From positions 1 to 64,000 of the forward strand of contig NIVC01002877.1 in NCBI GenBank assembly GCA_002269645.1: DNA of 64,000 nt, read 5' to 3'. This stretch comes from Macrostomum lignano. Taxonomy: Eukaryota. A program made the position numbers and the translations under genes. Shown piece by piece: positions 22,706 through 34,257 of the stretch (its first letter is position 1; each line of letters opens with the position of its first letter). The notes beneath the pieces are model-generated. The model saw only the letters and a program-made list of their open reading frames with translations, was not told the origin of the DNA and made no database searches.

Positions 22706-25700
22706 CTACCCAGCATATAGTGCAAATTCAGCTAAGCTGACTTCTCTTCTGTCCCTTTCGTTATAACTATGGTTGATCTTCATATATTTCACATTCGAAG
22801 CAGCGCACTCGTGCATTGAGTACGGATGCACAAAGTCTGTGTGGATGTAACATCGAGTAAGCTCTTGTTTATTGGAATTATATAGAGTGATTTGCAGATT
22901 TCTGGAAGACGAAACATCGTAATATTTTCTGGGCCAAACGATGAAGCTTTTTACTTTATTCGCCACTTGGTCGAGTGTGTACTGCCAGTGACCGCGGTAC
23001 TCTTGAGTGCCAGCCGGTGCGTGGAGTATGTGAATTGTTACTCCGTATGTGTTCACATCGTTATCGATAGTTTTTTCACACTCGTCAAAGCTCGGATCGC
23101 ATCTCATGCGTATCTTGCCTGAAAGAATGTTAGTATGAGTATTCGTATGGGTCAAACTGTACTTCAGTAAAAGCAGTAAACACTAGTTTTTAGCTATATA
23201 CAGCTCCAGTTTACTTACGGTAACATTTATCGGTGCCAAAGGTAGACCCAGAGTTGGGGCACAGGTCACAATGCGCCATTCCAATACGGCGTTTCAGAGC
23301 GAAGTTCAAATCACAATTGTGGCATCCTTTGGCACCGGATTCGCTGACGTACGTGCCAGCGGGACATTTCGAGCACTCGCTGCTGCCTGAGCTGTTTGAG
23401 AAAGTGCCTGCAGGGCACAGAGTGCAGTTAGCAGCGTTTCCAACTGAGAATGAGCCTCCTTTGCACAGCTGGCAAGATGCAGAGCCAGCGTTACTCCAGC
23501 TTCCAGCAGGGCACTGGCTGCAGTTGGTTGAGCCCACTCGGTCAGCAAAGGTCCCAGAAGGACAAACGGTGCATTCCGATGCAGCAGCATCGGAAAACTT
23601 CCCCAGCGGACACATTCTCTGCTCCGAACGGCCTTCCGTGTCGACGTACCACCCTGGCATGGCGCTCTTACAGTGCGTCTGGTTTGCCAGTGGCTGGTAG
23701 AATCCCCGGGGACACGGGGTGCAAGAAGCTGATCCGGCGCGACTGGAATAGCTGCCTTTGGCACAAAAAGTGCAATTTACCGATCCCGCGCTGGGATTGA
23801 ACGAGCCTGCAGGGCACTGGCTGCAGTTTGTTGAGGATATTTGGTCAGCAAAGCTCCCAGCAGGGCACGGGGTGCAAGAAGCTGACCCAGCCCTACTGGA
23901 ATAGCTGCCTTCGGCACACGAAGTGCAGTTTACCGATCCCGCGCTGGGAGTAAACGAGCCTGCAGGGCACTTGGCGCAAGGGATGCCCTCGGCTGGACTG
24001 AACTCGCCCCTCTTGCAGTTGTTGGCGCAGCTCACTGAGCCCTCAGCACTCGACGTTCCAGCAGGGCAAGCACTGCAAGATTTCTGCCCTGGATTGTCGG
24101 CGAAGAACCCCGATGAGCACAACTGGCACTGCGCCTGTCTCTCTGCTTTATTGAACTGTCCGACTGGACATGGAGTGCACTCCGTTTGACCTCGCTGAGC
24201 TGCGAACAAGCCGGCACTGCAGGCCCCGCACGAAGTTGATCCGTTAAACCTGCTCGCTGTTCCAACATGGCACTTCTGGCACTGTACCGATCCTGGCTTG
24301 GAAGCGAAATTTCCTGGACTGCAGAGCATGCAATTCACAGTCGCTTGTGATGCAGAAAAACTTCCAGGAGCGCATGCCAAGCAGTTATGATTTCCCGTTG
24401 TGTTCTTGAAATTTCCTGGTTGGCAGGGCACACACAGGTTTTCCTTGCTGTCACTCAGTTGGTAGCCAACTGGACACTCTGGCAAGCACTGCACTGTCCT
24501 GACTCTTCTGCCCCCAATAGAATTCCACAATTCAACGCGCGAATTGCGACACTGGAAGCAGCTCGTGTCATCTTTTGCTAGATTGCAGTCGATGCACTCT
24601 TTGTGACAATCCAGGATGCAGTGACCATCAACCAGCTTGTAGTTATTGTTCAAACACTCCACCTGCGGCATGTCCTTGGTGAGGTGAATGTCCATCAGCG
24701 ACACAGACTTCGAGCCCGCTCCGAACGTGTAGAAAGACAGGCGGCTGTACTGACTGTCCGATCGGAACTTGTACCCAGAGTAGACGGTGCCGATCTCGCT
24801 GTTCGAGCCCGCCTTACCGAACTGCATTAGAACTGATCCATTGGCCTGATTCACACACAAGAAGTAAGACTGGTACAGGTTCTTGTCTCCAAGTGTCCCC
24901 ATTCCCTTCTGATAGTCTCTCTTTTGCGGTTTCATTGCTTTGTAGAATATCACTCCATCCATATTGATCTGCAGGTAGTACCATGTTGTGTGGTCTCTTG
25001 GTATGGACGCGAATATAACAAAGATGTCTCCAGCAGTCGCAGCCGTAAAGTAAAGACAGTTTTCTTCCCGATCAGGGTCCAGTCTGTGAGAGTTCAACCA
25101 CCGAACGTTGCACGGAATTGACGCCGCATCAGTCGAGTCTGTGCCTTTTTGTCCTTCTACCCGAGAAGCCCTAGCAACAGTGGTACCTTCTATCCAATCT
25201 GGAAAGGTTGGGTTGCGGCGCTTTGATGCAATAAAGTCCAGCGGATCGATATGGAAGAAGCCTGTCTCCTCCTCATAGGTGAGGATGATGCTCCAGATAC
25301 AGATCTTAGTCTCAGCTGGCTTGAAGCCTTCGAGCTGACAGCCTTCGTACAGGTGTGCATGATGATGCCCTGGCTCAGTCGCAAACCACCTGTTTTTTAG
25401 ATAAGTCATCACATACTTGGCTTGCGATTTCAACAAGTTCGGAATATCCTGAGGCAGATCAAATGAGATTAAAAACGGGGATTTCTTGAGCTGCAGAAAC
25501 GTCAGTGTGTTGTTATTTGAGTTGAACACGTCGATCTTGGCCAGTGTAGAGCTCTCACAACCGGGTTGCCCTGCTTTCAACTCGTGCGAGGAAGTTGGGA
25601 AAGGACCTTCCGTCATGTACGCAGCTACGGCCTTCTCCAGTGAGAGTCTTCGTCTCTTTAGAGCGTTCTTAAAGTTTTCCTGGTTCTTGTATTTGCAGTA

Positions 25701-27440
25701 GATTTTAACCAATTTAGTTTTAGTCTTATTGTTAGCAAAGTAAGTCTCCTCATCGAGGTAGTAGCGACGACGAGTTTTGGGCTCCGTCAAAATATTCACT
25801 TTGCTTCCCGCACTTCCAATACAGCCAAAGTCGCGGTTTCCAGCCGGAAACAGGTCGTCCATGTTCATGTCGAACAGCTGATCGATGGGCTTCAGCTTGA
25901 ACTCGAACGGCTTCACATAGTCATTGATGGAGGCGATCCACCTGTGGTACAGCTGCTTGAATGCCGGAGTGTAAAAGTCAATGAGGGCTTCTGCGATCTC
26001 CGGAGTTCCTCCCTGAGCCTCGACGGTTGTCTGAGTAAACTCGGACTCGCTGGAACTGTGAGACTCTTGATTATGTTCTTTTCTTGTGCTTCTGTGCTGG
26101 CTCTCCAACCTTTCACTGCTCGATTTTGTTGTAGTCGTTTTCTTGGGGCCAAGACCCAAAAAGCCCGTCCGGGTGGTTTTCTGAGAATTTTTTGACTGCA
26201 GCGATGAAAACATTGACTGGAACTCGGTCTCAGCCAGACTGGCAAACTCTTCCGACGACGCAAACTTGTTTGTCTTTGCTCTCTTTGTGATTTTTAGCTG
26301 ACCGCCGAACTTTCCAGACCGGATAAAATGCGTGCCCCAGCGTAGCAGAAAGTCTTGAAATTTGCTGGCAGCGCCCACTGAAAAGTAGGACTCTGGAAGA
26401 CTCATGTAGTCTCTGAGCGCAGCGAAGTTTATGTCATTAGGCTTCACATCATCCAGTGAAATTTTGTACATGATTACACTCACATACATGATGGCAAAGA
26501 AATCCTCAGTAGAACCTTGTTTTCTTGTAGCCTGGGAATACTGTAAATTTACTGAGGCTGATTGACTGCTAGTGGTTGTTGACGAGCTGCCAGAGCTCTG
26601 CCGCCCCGCCTTAGAAGTGCTGTGCTGGCGAGATTCGCTTAAGAACAAATTTCGCTGCTCTGACAGACCGGCTTTGTCCCTGATGTAGCTCATGTACTCG
26701 TCCGCAGACCGGAACGACTTGGTCTCAGCTGTGGTCTCGAAGATGCCATACACGTTCATGGTGTCGGGCACGTCCTTGTCCAGAAAGCTGCCCATGTTGG
26801 AACAGTAGCGCTGCACCAGACTGGCTTTGCGGCTCTCGATCTTGTAGAATCCTCGTCCGTCGAAGCCGACGCCGATGTACGCGGCAGCGTCCAGGAGGTT
26901 CATGCAGATTGTATTGCCATTGCCAGGAACCTTGCTGGAGTAGCACTTGCTAGTCTTGGGATAGGATGCACCTGTGCACCCATTCATCAACACCGGACCA
27001 ACCCCCATTGGATAGACATAGACGGGCATCTTGTCTTCTGCCTCTTCCTTCATTTTTTCAGGCTCGCCCACAGTCTCCGTCATCACCCAATTCGAAGGCT
27101 GATAGTTGGAGAATCCGTTGAAGCCCTGCTCGGCCTGCAGACTGATGGATCTCGTGCCTGCTTTCTGCGTTTTTGCCGAGCGGTCTGTCAGCATGTTTTT
27201 TAGAATTTCCTTGGTGATGAGTGGGGTGGCTTGACCGTCAGTTGATTGCGTGAGATCATCCAGCAAGTCCTTGGTCTTCTTGTCTGAGTTGCTGATTGCG
27301 TTTGCAATCGCGTCTACAGCCGGACCGTACTGCTCCAGGGCGTTGGCATCGACAGTCTTGCTGGTGTCTTTTTCTGCAGCTTCAACTTGAAGAAATCCAA
27401 GCAATGCAATTGCGATCACTGCAGCCAGACAGGCGTGCAT
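22706..27440 (-). CDS. Secreted MACPF-domain protein with Cys-rich ephrin-receptor-like (GCC2/GCC3) repeats; exons 27440..23219 and 23118..22706, ~1544 aa
   Basis: Signal peptide MHACLAAVIAIALLGFLQVEA; MACPF signature WGTHFIRSGKFGG; many CPAG(S/T)F repeats. A 100-nt intron (GTAAGT ... CTAAC ... TTTCAG) in phase 1 joins the 149-aa ORF in frame. Confidence 0.9.
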
Positions 27441-28192
27441 TTTCGAAGCCAGCAAGTTGCTTCAGATTGAAGTAAAATTCGATTGGTTTTTGACGCTTCT
27501 TGAATCAGTTCGAGTCGGTTCTGAAGGAGTTATGATAGCAAATATGAAAGTGAGCAATGTCCAATGTACTGAAATTTTGAAGTACGCTCGTATCTACGAG
27601 TAGATACTAAAAGCATGAAAACAGATGGGGCCCGCTCCAGATTGTTCTTTTGTCCCCACCCCCACGCTCGCGCTACCCGTGTTCAATTGGCGATCCTCAG
27701 CTAATGTTTGACTGCATTTCTTATTTTTCCATTTGCTGAACAAGATAGATTTTGAAATTTTGAGCAAGTCAGATTGTGTTGCAGCTGAGAGTTAAGTTGA
27801 GCAGGAGACCGGAAATTCGAACCCTCTCTCTAGAAGGGGGGGCTGCTACATAAACTGAAATTTCACAACGCCGAAAATTTGCATGGTACCTAGTACATTT
27901 TCACTATGTGAAATTTCGGTCCGATGAAATTTCGGTATTGAAAAGGCATGATTCTTTTGGCGTTGCCTTTTCGCTAGAAAGCGACCCCTCTCTCTCACTC
28001 TTCGTCTGACCATAAAGATCTAGAACTAGAAGCTACAAGCTATTAAAAGCTACTAGATCTAGATTTCCTTGGTCTTACTCACCCACGAGTGGATGTACAA
28101 AGACCCACCCTTCCCCTCCCCTCTCGGCAAGTTTGCTTGGCCAGTCTGGCTCCAACATGCCCCCCACGGCCCACATCCACACCAACTCCGGA

Positions 28193-28721
28193 CTGCTGTC
28201 CCCTGGCTAACTTTAAAACTGAAGTCCGTGCACTCGCTGCTGTCCCCTGGCTAACTTCAAAACTGAAGTCCGTGCACTCGCTGCTGTCCCCTGGCTAACT
28301 TCAAAACTGAAGTCCGTGCACTCGCTGCTGTCCCCTGGCTAACTTCAAAACTGAAGTCCGTGCACTCGCTGCTGTCCCCTGGCTAACTTCAAAACTGAAG
28401 TCAGTGCACTCGCTGCTGTTCCCTGGCTAACTTCAAAACTGAAGTCCGTGCACTCGCTGCTGTCCCCTGGCTAACTTCAAAACTGAAGTCCGTGCACTCG
28501 CTGCTGTCCCCTGGCTAACTTCAAAACTGAAGTCAGTGCACTCGCTGCTGTCCCCTGGCTAACTTCAAAACTGAAGTCAGTGCACTCGCTGCTGTCCCCT
28601 GGCTAACTTCAAAACTGAAGTCAGTGCACTCGCTGCTGTCCCCTGGCTAACTTCAAAACTGAAGTCCGTGCACTCGCTGCTGTCCCCTGGCTAACTTCAA
28701 AACTGAAGTTAGTGCACTCGC
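28193..28721. repeat. 44-bp tandem repeat, about 12 copies
   Basis: Unit CTGCTGTCCCCTGGCTAACTTCAAAACTGAAGTCCGTGCACTCG. Confidence 0.95.
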
Positions 28722-28949
28722 TTGAACTCGAAAAAATTATACCCTATTCTGGGGTATCAATGGGAAAAATAGTGCCCCAAATCAGTTGACTATTAACCCT
28801 TGGGGTACTAATTGGGGAAAAAAGAACCCTGCCACAGAGTCGTACGGAACTACTCGAGCAGTCTGGTCCCAGTGACTGTAAGTGACCGTGGCAACCTGGT
28901 CTGCACACGAGCTTGGGTTGGCCTCTGGCTCTCAAACACGACAAGAGAA

Positions 28950-29953
28950 ATGGGGAAGGAGAGGGATGGGGAAGGAGAGGGATGGGGAAGGAGAGGGATG
29001 GGGAAGGAGAGGGATGGGGAAGGAGAGGGATGGTGAAGGAGAGGGATGGGGAAGGAGAGGGATGGGGAAGGAGAGGGATGGGGAAGGAGAGGGATGGGGA
29101 AGGACAGAGATAGGGAAGGAGAGGGATGGGGAAGGAGAGGGATGGGGAAGGAGAGGGATGGTGAAGGAGAGGGATGGGGAAGGAGACGGATGGGGAAGGA
29201 GAGGGATGGGGAAGGAGAGGGATGGGGAAGGAGAGGGATGGGGAAGGGATCGGTAAGAAGAGGGATGGGGAAGAGATGGGTAAGAAGAGGGATGGGGAAG
29301 GAGAGGGATGGGGAAGGACAGAGATAGGGAAGGAGAGGGATGGGGAAGGAGAGGGATGGGGAAGGAGAGGGATGGGGAAGGAGAGGGATGGGGAAGGAGA
29401 GGGATGGGGAAGGAGAGGGATGGGGAAGGAGAGGGATGGGGAAGGAGAGGGATGGGGAAGGAGAGGGATGGGGAAGGAGAGGGATGGGGAAGGAGAGGGA
29501 TGGGGAAGGGATCGGTAAGAAGAGGGATGGGGAAGGGATGGGTAAGAAGAGGGATGGGGAAGGAGAGGGATGGGGAAGGAGAGGGATGGGGAAGGACAGA
29601 GATAGGGAAGGAGAGGGATGGGGAAGGAGAGGGATGGGGAAGGACAGAGATAGGGAAGGAGAGGGATGGGGAAGGAGAGGGATGGGGAAGGAGAGGGATG
29701 GGGAAGGGATCGGTAAGAAGAGGGATGGGGAAGGGATCGGTAAGAAGAGGGATGGGGAAGGAGAGGGATGGGGAAGGAGAGGGATGGGGAAGGACAGAGA
29801 TAGGGAAGGAGAGGGATGGGGAAGGAGAGGGATGGGGAAGGAGAGGGATGGGGAAGGAGAGGGATGGGGAAGGGATCGGTAAGAAGAGGGATGGGGAAGG
29901 GATGGGTAAGAAGAGGGATGGGGAAGGAGAGGGATGGGGAAGGAGAGGGATGG
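28950..29953. repeat. ~1-kb purine-rich 16-bp minisatellite (TGGGGAAGGAGAGGGA)n
   Basis: Read directly; the long Pro-rich and Gly-rich ORFs in all frames are artefacts of the repeat. Confidence 0.95.
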
Positions 29954-30122
29954 CAAAACTGCCTACTACATTGACTCGTGCCTGCGAAACAACCAAAACC
30001 GACCTCAATGTGAATTGAAGAATATGAAAAATTCCAATGTGCCCAATTTTATGCAACAAAAACCCCTTGCAGGGATAGCAAAATATTTCTTAAATAATCT
30101 ACACTTACTGATTCGAATATCA

Positions 30123-30250
30123 ACAGCCTGAGAAGGGAAAGGCAGACACGAGAGCAGATGAAGAGCGGCTCAGTGACGGCAGACAGCCTGAGAAGGGAAA
30201 GGCAGACACGAGAGCAGATGAAGAGCGGCTCAGTGACGGCAGACAGCCTG
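30123..30250. repeat. 60-bp tandem duplication
   Basis: CAGCCTGAGAAGGGAAAGGCAGACACGAG... occurs twice, 60 bp apart. Confidence 0.9.
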
Positions 30251-30897
30251 AAAAAATGACTCACCAGACGTGAATGCCGAGCTGGTCTCCTGACGAGATT
30301 TCTCCGCCTCGCTTTGCTGTCGAAGAGTTCCAAGCCGCATTTATGGAGGCCGCTTCCGAGCCAGAAGGTTTCGAGCCGCACGGAATCCCAGCAACGGAAT
30401 TTTGTGAAGAGATCGAACGAAGACAGACCGAACATCATGTTATTTCAGTTTTAAGTTTGAATTTCTTTCTAACTTTTTCAAAACTCTATCAACTAGAATA
30501 AGTTTCAGGAACTTTAACTAAAAGAATGTAAATGCTAATCGAAATAAAGTTTTTAATCAATTTTAATAGTTGCACTAAATTTCTGAAATGAATTTTCTCC
30601 ATGGGTGCAAAGCTCTGGTTGGTTAAACTGATTGATTTCTTCGCTGTATGAAATTATAAAAAAAATGCGGGATTTTTGTGCCCGAATTTTTTTTTGAGGA
30701 ATGCAAAGTTCAGTCGTCATGGCTGCAAGCTGCTAGTGAGACCAGATAATATTGGGAACATGCTATCGATAAAAAACAGTTTTTAATATCTGCGGTATCT
30801 ACTAGCACAGCTCAGCTATCCCCGGTAAGCCTTGAGATCTCAGCAATTCTCGCCAAGAGTCACCGCATTATAGCATTTCCACTATGATCCCTCGCAG

Positions 30898-31164
30898 GGG
30901 AGCACGAGATTTGCCCGCCGAGATTTGCCCGCCGAGGTTTGCCTGCAGTGCATTTAGCCACGCCGCAGATTTTGTCTGCATTGCCTCCCCAATGCTTAGT
31001 AAGTCTTAATACAAAGATTTACACGATCAAAACGTTTCGATAGTAACTGCATCAAATGGCATATTTTTGGGGTGCGGGGGGAATGCAGGCAGAATCTAGC
31101 TGACAAATGCGTTGCAGGAAAAGAGCATTGCGGGCAAATCTCGGCGGGCAACTCTCATGGACCC
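30898..31164. mobile_element. MITE with GGG-starting TIRs and an imperfect 9-bp TSD (MULE-like)
   Basis: TIR core TTGCCCGCCGAGATTTGCCCGC at both ends in inverted orientation; flanks CCCTCGCAG and CCTTCGCAG (8/9 match). Confidence 0.65.
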
Positions 31165-31775
31165 CCTTCGCAGCTCAAAAATTTTCCAAGTTTTTTTACT
31201 TTCTTTGAGTTTTTCTAACTTAGAAACGCTTCTAATAAAATGCAAAAAACAAGAATATAATTGCAAACATTTGCAATTACAATATCCTTACAATATCCGC
31301 TCGAAACTTCCCACTTCCCAAGCTCGAAACTTCCCACTTCCCAAGCTCGAAACTTCCCACTTATTGTAAGGAATGCAAATGTTTGCAATTATGTTCTTGT
31401 TTTTTGCATTTCTTAAGCGAACTAGCGTTCCTAAAATTTACTTCTAATAAAAAACCTTTACACCTACTAAAAAATTCAATTCGACTTAGGTTATGACCTA
31501 ATTTATTTCTCAGTCGGTCAGTATGAGTCTCCATTAAGGCTAGCAATATGGTTTCTCAATCTAAATCAAGCCAAAGTTGAGATGCAGATTCCACACCGTG
31601 ACGAAATTCAAGTGGAACTCAGCCAGCATGACGATAAGTATGATAAAAGCCTGTTGTGATGCAGAGTCAGAGTTCAGTCAGTCATTTTTTCTACAATTTT
31701 TTCACTGCATTTCGAGTCGAAAAGCCAGCTTAACCTTTGCAAATAGCATGTTTTTCGAAATTCACTCACTCGAAG

Positions 31776-32360
31776 CATCAAGTCAAACATAATAGAGGCA
31801 CCATGTAAAACATAAGCGAAGCGTCATGTCAAACATAATAGAGGCACCATGTAAAACATAAGCGAAACGTCATGTCAAACATAATAGAGGCACCATGTAA
31901 AACATAAGCGAAGCCTCATGTCAAACATAATAGAGGCACCATGTAAAACATAAGCGAAGCGTCATGTCAAACATAATAGAGGCACCATGTAAAACATAAG
32001 CGAAACGTCATGTCAAACATAATAGAGGCACCATGTAAAACATAAGCGAAGCGTCATGTCAAACATAATAGAGGCACCATGTAAAACATAAGCGAAGCGT
32101 CATGTTAAACATAATAGAGGCACCATGTAAAACATAAGCGAAGCGTCATGTTAAACATAATAGAGGCACCATGTAAAACATAAGCGAAGCGTCATGTTAA
32201 ACATAATAGAGGCACCATGTAAAACATAAGTGAAGCGTCAAGTCAAACATAATAAAAGCGTCATGTAAAACATAAGCGAAGCGTCAAGTCAAACATAATA
32301 AAAGCGTCATGTAAAACATAAGCGAAGCGTCATGTCAAACATAATAAAAGCGTCATGTTA
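31776..32360. repeat. 46-bp tandem repeat, ~10 copies, decaying into shorter variants
   Basis: Unit GTCATGTCAAACATAATAGAGGCACCATGTAAAACATAAGCGAAGC. Confidence 0.95.
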
Positions 32361-32536
32361 CACTTAAAAGAAGCATTATGTCAGAAATTATAAAAGAAAA
32401 TTAAAGAAGCGTCATCTCGAACATAAAATATTCTTTGAGGAATGCTAGGATGTCAGGGCTCGTGGAAAATATATCTGAGATCAAAGCTGGTATAATATTC
32501 TTGGTATAATTCTTGTGACTGTTAGGGAGAATTGAT

Positions 32537-32641
32537 CAGATATCAAGGCTTACTAGGGGATTTGCTGCGATGTCAAGGCTTACTGGGGGAGTTGCTGCGA
32601 TGTCAAGGCTTACTGGGGGAGTTGCTGCGATGTCAAGGCTT
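32537..32641. repeat. 30-bp tandem repeat, ~3.5 copies
   Basis: Unit GATGTCAAGGCTTACTGGGGGAGTTGCTGC. Confidence 0.9.
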
Positions 32642-33264
32642 ACTGGGGGAGTTGCTGCGATGCACTTGCACTGCAAAAGTGCGCGACACAACACGTGCGT
32701 TAAATAGATCACAGACCCTGAAGATTACCTTTGATCTACCGAAACGCGTTCGTTTACCAATTTAAAGCAACCTATACATTGATTTCCAAGGGCGCATGCG
32801 GGAGGGGGCTGGATCCAGCCGGATAAGTGTTTTGGTGTGGGCCAGGATGACCTGCTCTCCGGGATGCCACGAAGAGGCTGCACCTACGTCCGAGATCGTG
32901 CGATCTCCTCGATCTGTTGACCATGCGGGCTGCTACTGCCGTGTGTTTCTGTTAGTTCAAACTATTGGTCCCATTATCTCCTGCGCCATGAGATTCTACG
33001 CTCGTAAGGAGTGCCGTATCTAGTTAGTGTAGATTGGCTGGCCAATCGCTGTTAGCGGGGCCGGGGGGCTTGTCGTCGCCCGTGTTTGGGGGTGCTTGGT
33101 CCGGGGGTGGGTGCGCCGCCCCCGGGGCGGGGGTGGGTGTCTGTGGGGCCTTTTAGCCCCGTGGGTTGTGCCCGCCTCAGGCTATCTCTCCTCGCCAGCT
33201 TGCATGCGTTTTTTTTGCGATTTTTGGCTAGCCCAACTTAATTACTCAACTTACTCTGGGTACT

Positions 33265-34257
33265 ATGAGTTTGCGTAGGATGACTGTAAATCAGCTACGT
33301 GAAGAATTGACAGATAGGGGCCTGAGCACACACGGCTACAAGAAAGACCTGGCCAGCAGACTCTCCACTGCGATGAACCAGAGCGAAGCAGCTAGTCGGC
33401 GGGAACAAGCGGCGTCAAACTCCGCGGAGACCGACAGCGAAGGTCGGCGGCAGCAGCAGCAACAACGGCTGGAGGCAGGGGAGGCGCTGGACCTAGCAGA
33501 GCTCCGGTGGAAGATAGCTAGCCTGGAATCGGAGACGGCAGCAATGCGCCAGCAGCTGGAAGGCCGATTTAGACCAGGTGAGGTGGACCAACAGCTTCTT
33601 AATGAGCCCTCTGATTGTAGTAGCGACATGAATATCCCGAGTATGCTCAGAGGTCCCGGGTTCGAGACCAGGCTCGAGCCCTCAGTAGCTCAACTAGGGC
33701 TACGGGCGGCACCACTCGTCGTTGCGGATTTCTGCGGTTGCGACCCTCGGACGGCGTCGGCGAGTCGTAGGGAAAAGGTGCTGCATCCAACCGCCAATCA
33801 GCCTAAACCCGAATCGCTGGGAATCGGTCAGTGGATAGTCGGCAACGCGCGCATCCTCGACGCCCTGATCTCTAGGGGACAGCTCGACCTGGAAGGCGTT
33901 CGGCAGTACTTGCAGTACAGTGTGCAGATCGGTGAGCTGGTCGAGGCAGGTTACGACACCACCAGGATCATGCGGTTTGACGACGCATTTAGAAGAGAGC
34001 AGCAGGCGGGCATGCAAGACTGGGCGCGACCGAGTTTCTCGCTGGTGGCACGGCACCTCATCGCCCCGCAGCAGACTCCACAACATGCCCGTTCTCGCAT
34101 GGACAGGAAGATTCCTATGGTTCAAGGAGCGCCCGTCTGCCTCAAGTTCAACACCCGTGGTGGCTGCAAGTTCCAGAATTGCAAGTACACTCATGCGTGC
34201 CGAGTCTGCTTGCGCTCGGACCACAGCGAGACGCAACACGCGGCAAAAAACGAATAG
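33265..34257 (+). CDS. Gag-like ORF1 with N-terminal SAP motif, coiled coil and C-terminal Cys/His finger
   Basis: MTVNQLREELTDRGLSTHGYKKDLASRL (SAP-like); VCLKFNTRGGCKFQNCKYTHACRVC...H. Confidence 0.88.
   Translation: MSLRRMTVNQLREELTDRGLSTHGYKKDLASRLSTAMNQSEAASRREQAASNSAETDSEGRRQQQQQRLEAGEALDLAELRWKIASLESETAAMRQQLEGRFRPGEVDQQLLNEPSDCSSDMNIPSMLRGPGFETRLEPSVAQLGLRAAPLVVADFCGCDPRTASASRREKVLHPTANQPKPESLGIGQWIVGNARILDALISRGQLDLEGVRQYLQYSVQIGELVEAGYDTTRIMRFDDAFRREQQAGMQDWARPSFSLVARHLIAPQQTPQHARSRMDRKIPMVQGAPVCLKFNTRGGCKFQNCKYTHACRVCLRSDHSETQHAAKNE

Noticed and set aside
28193-28721. CRISPR-like 44-bp repeats
   Set aside because: Head-to-tail minisatellite without spacers.
28850-30059. Pro/Ser-rich and Gly/Arg-rich long ORFs
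   Set aside because: Translation of a 16-bp purine/pyrimidine repeat.
32790-33026. GC-rich segment as part of the Ngaro 5' end
   Set aside because: Not duplicated at A2, so it lies outside the repeat-defined boundary; origin unknown.
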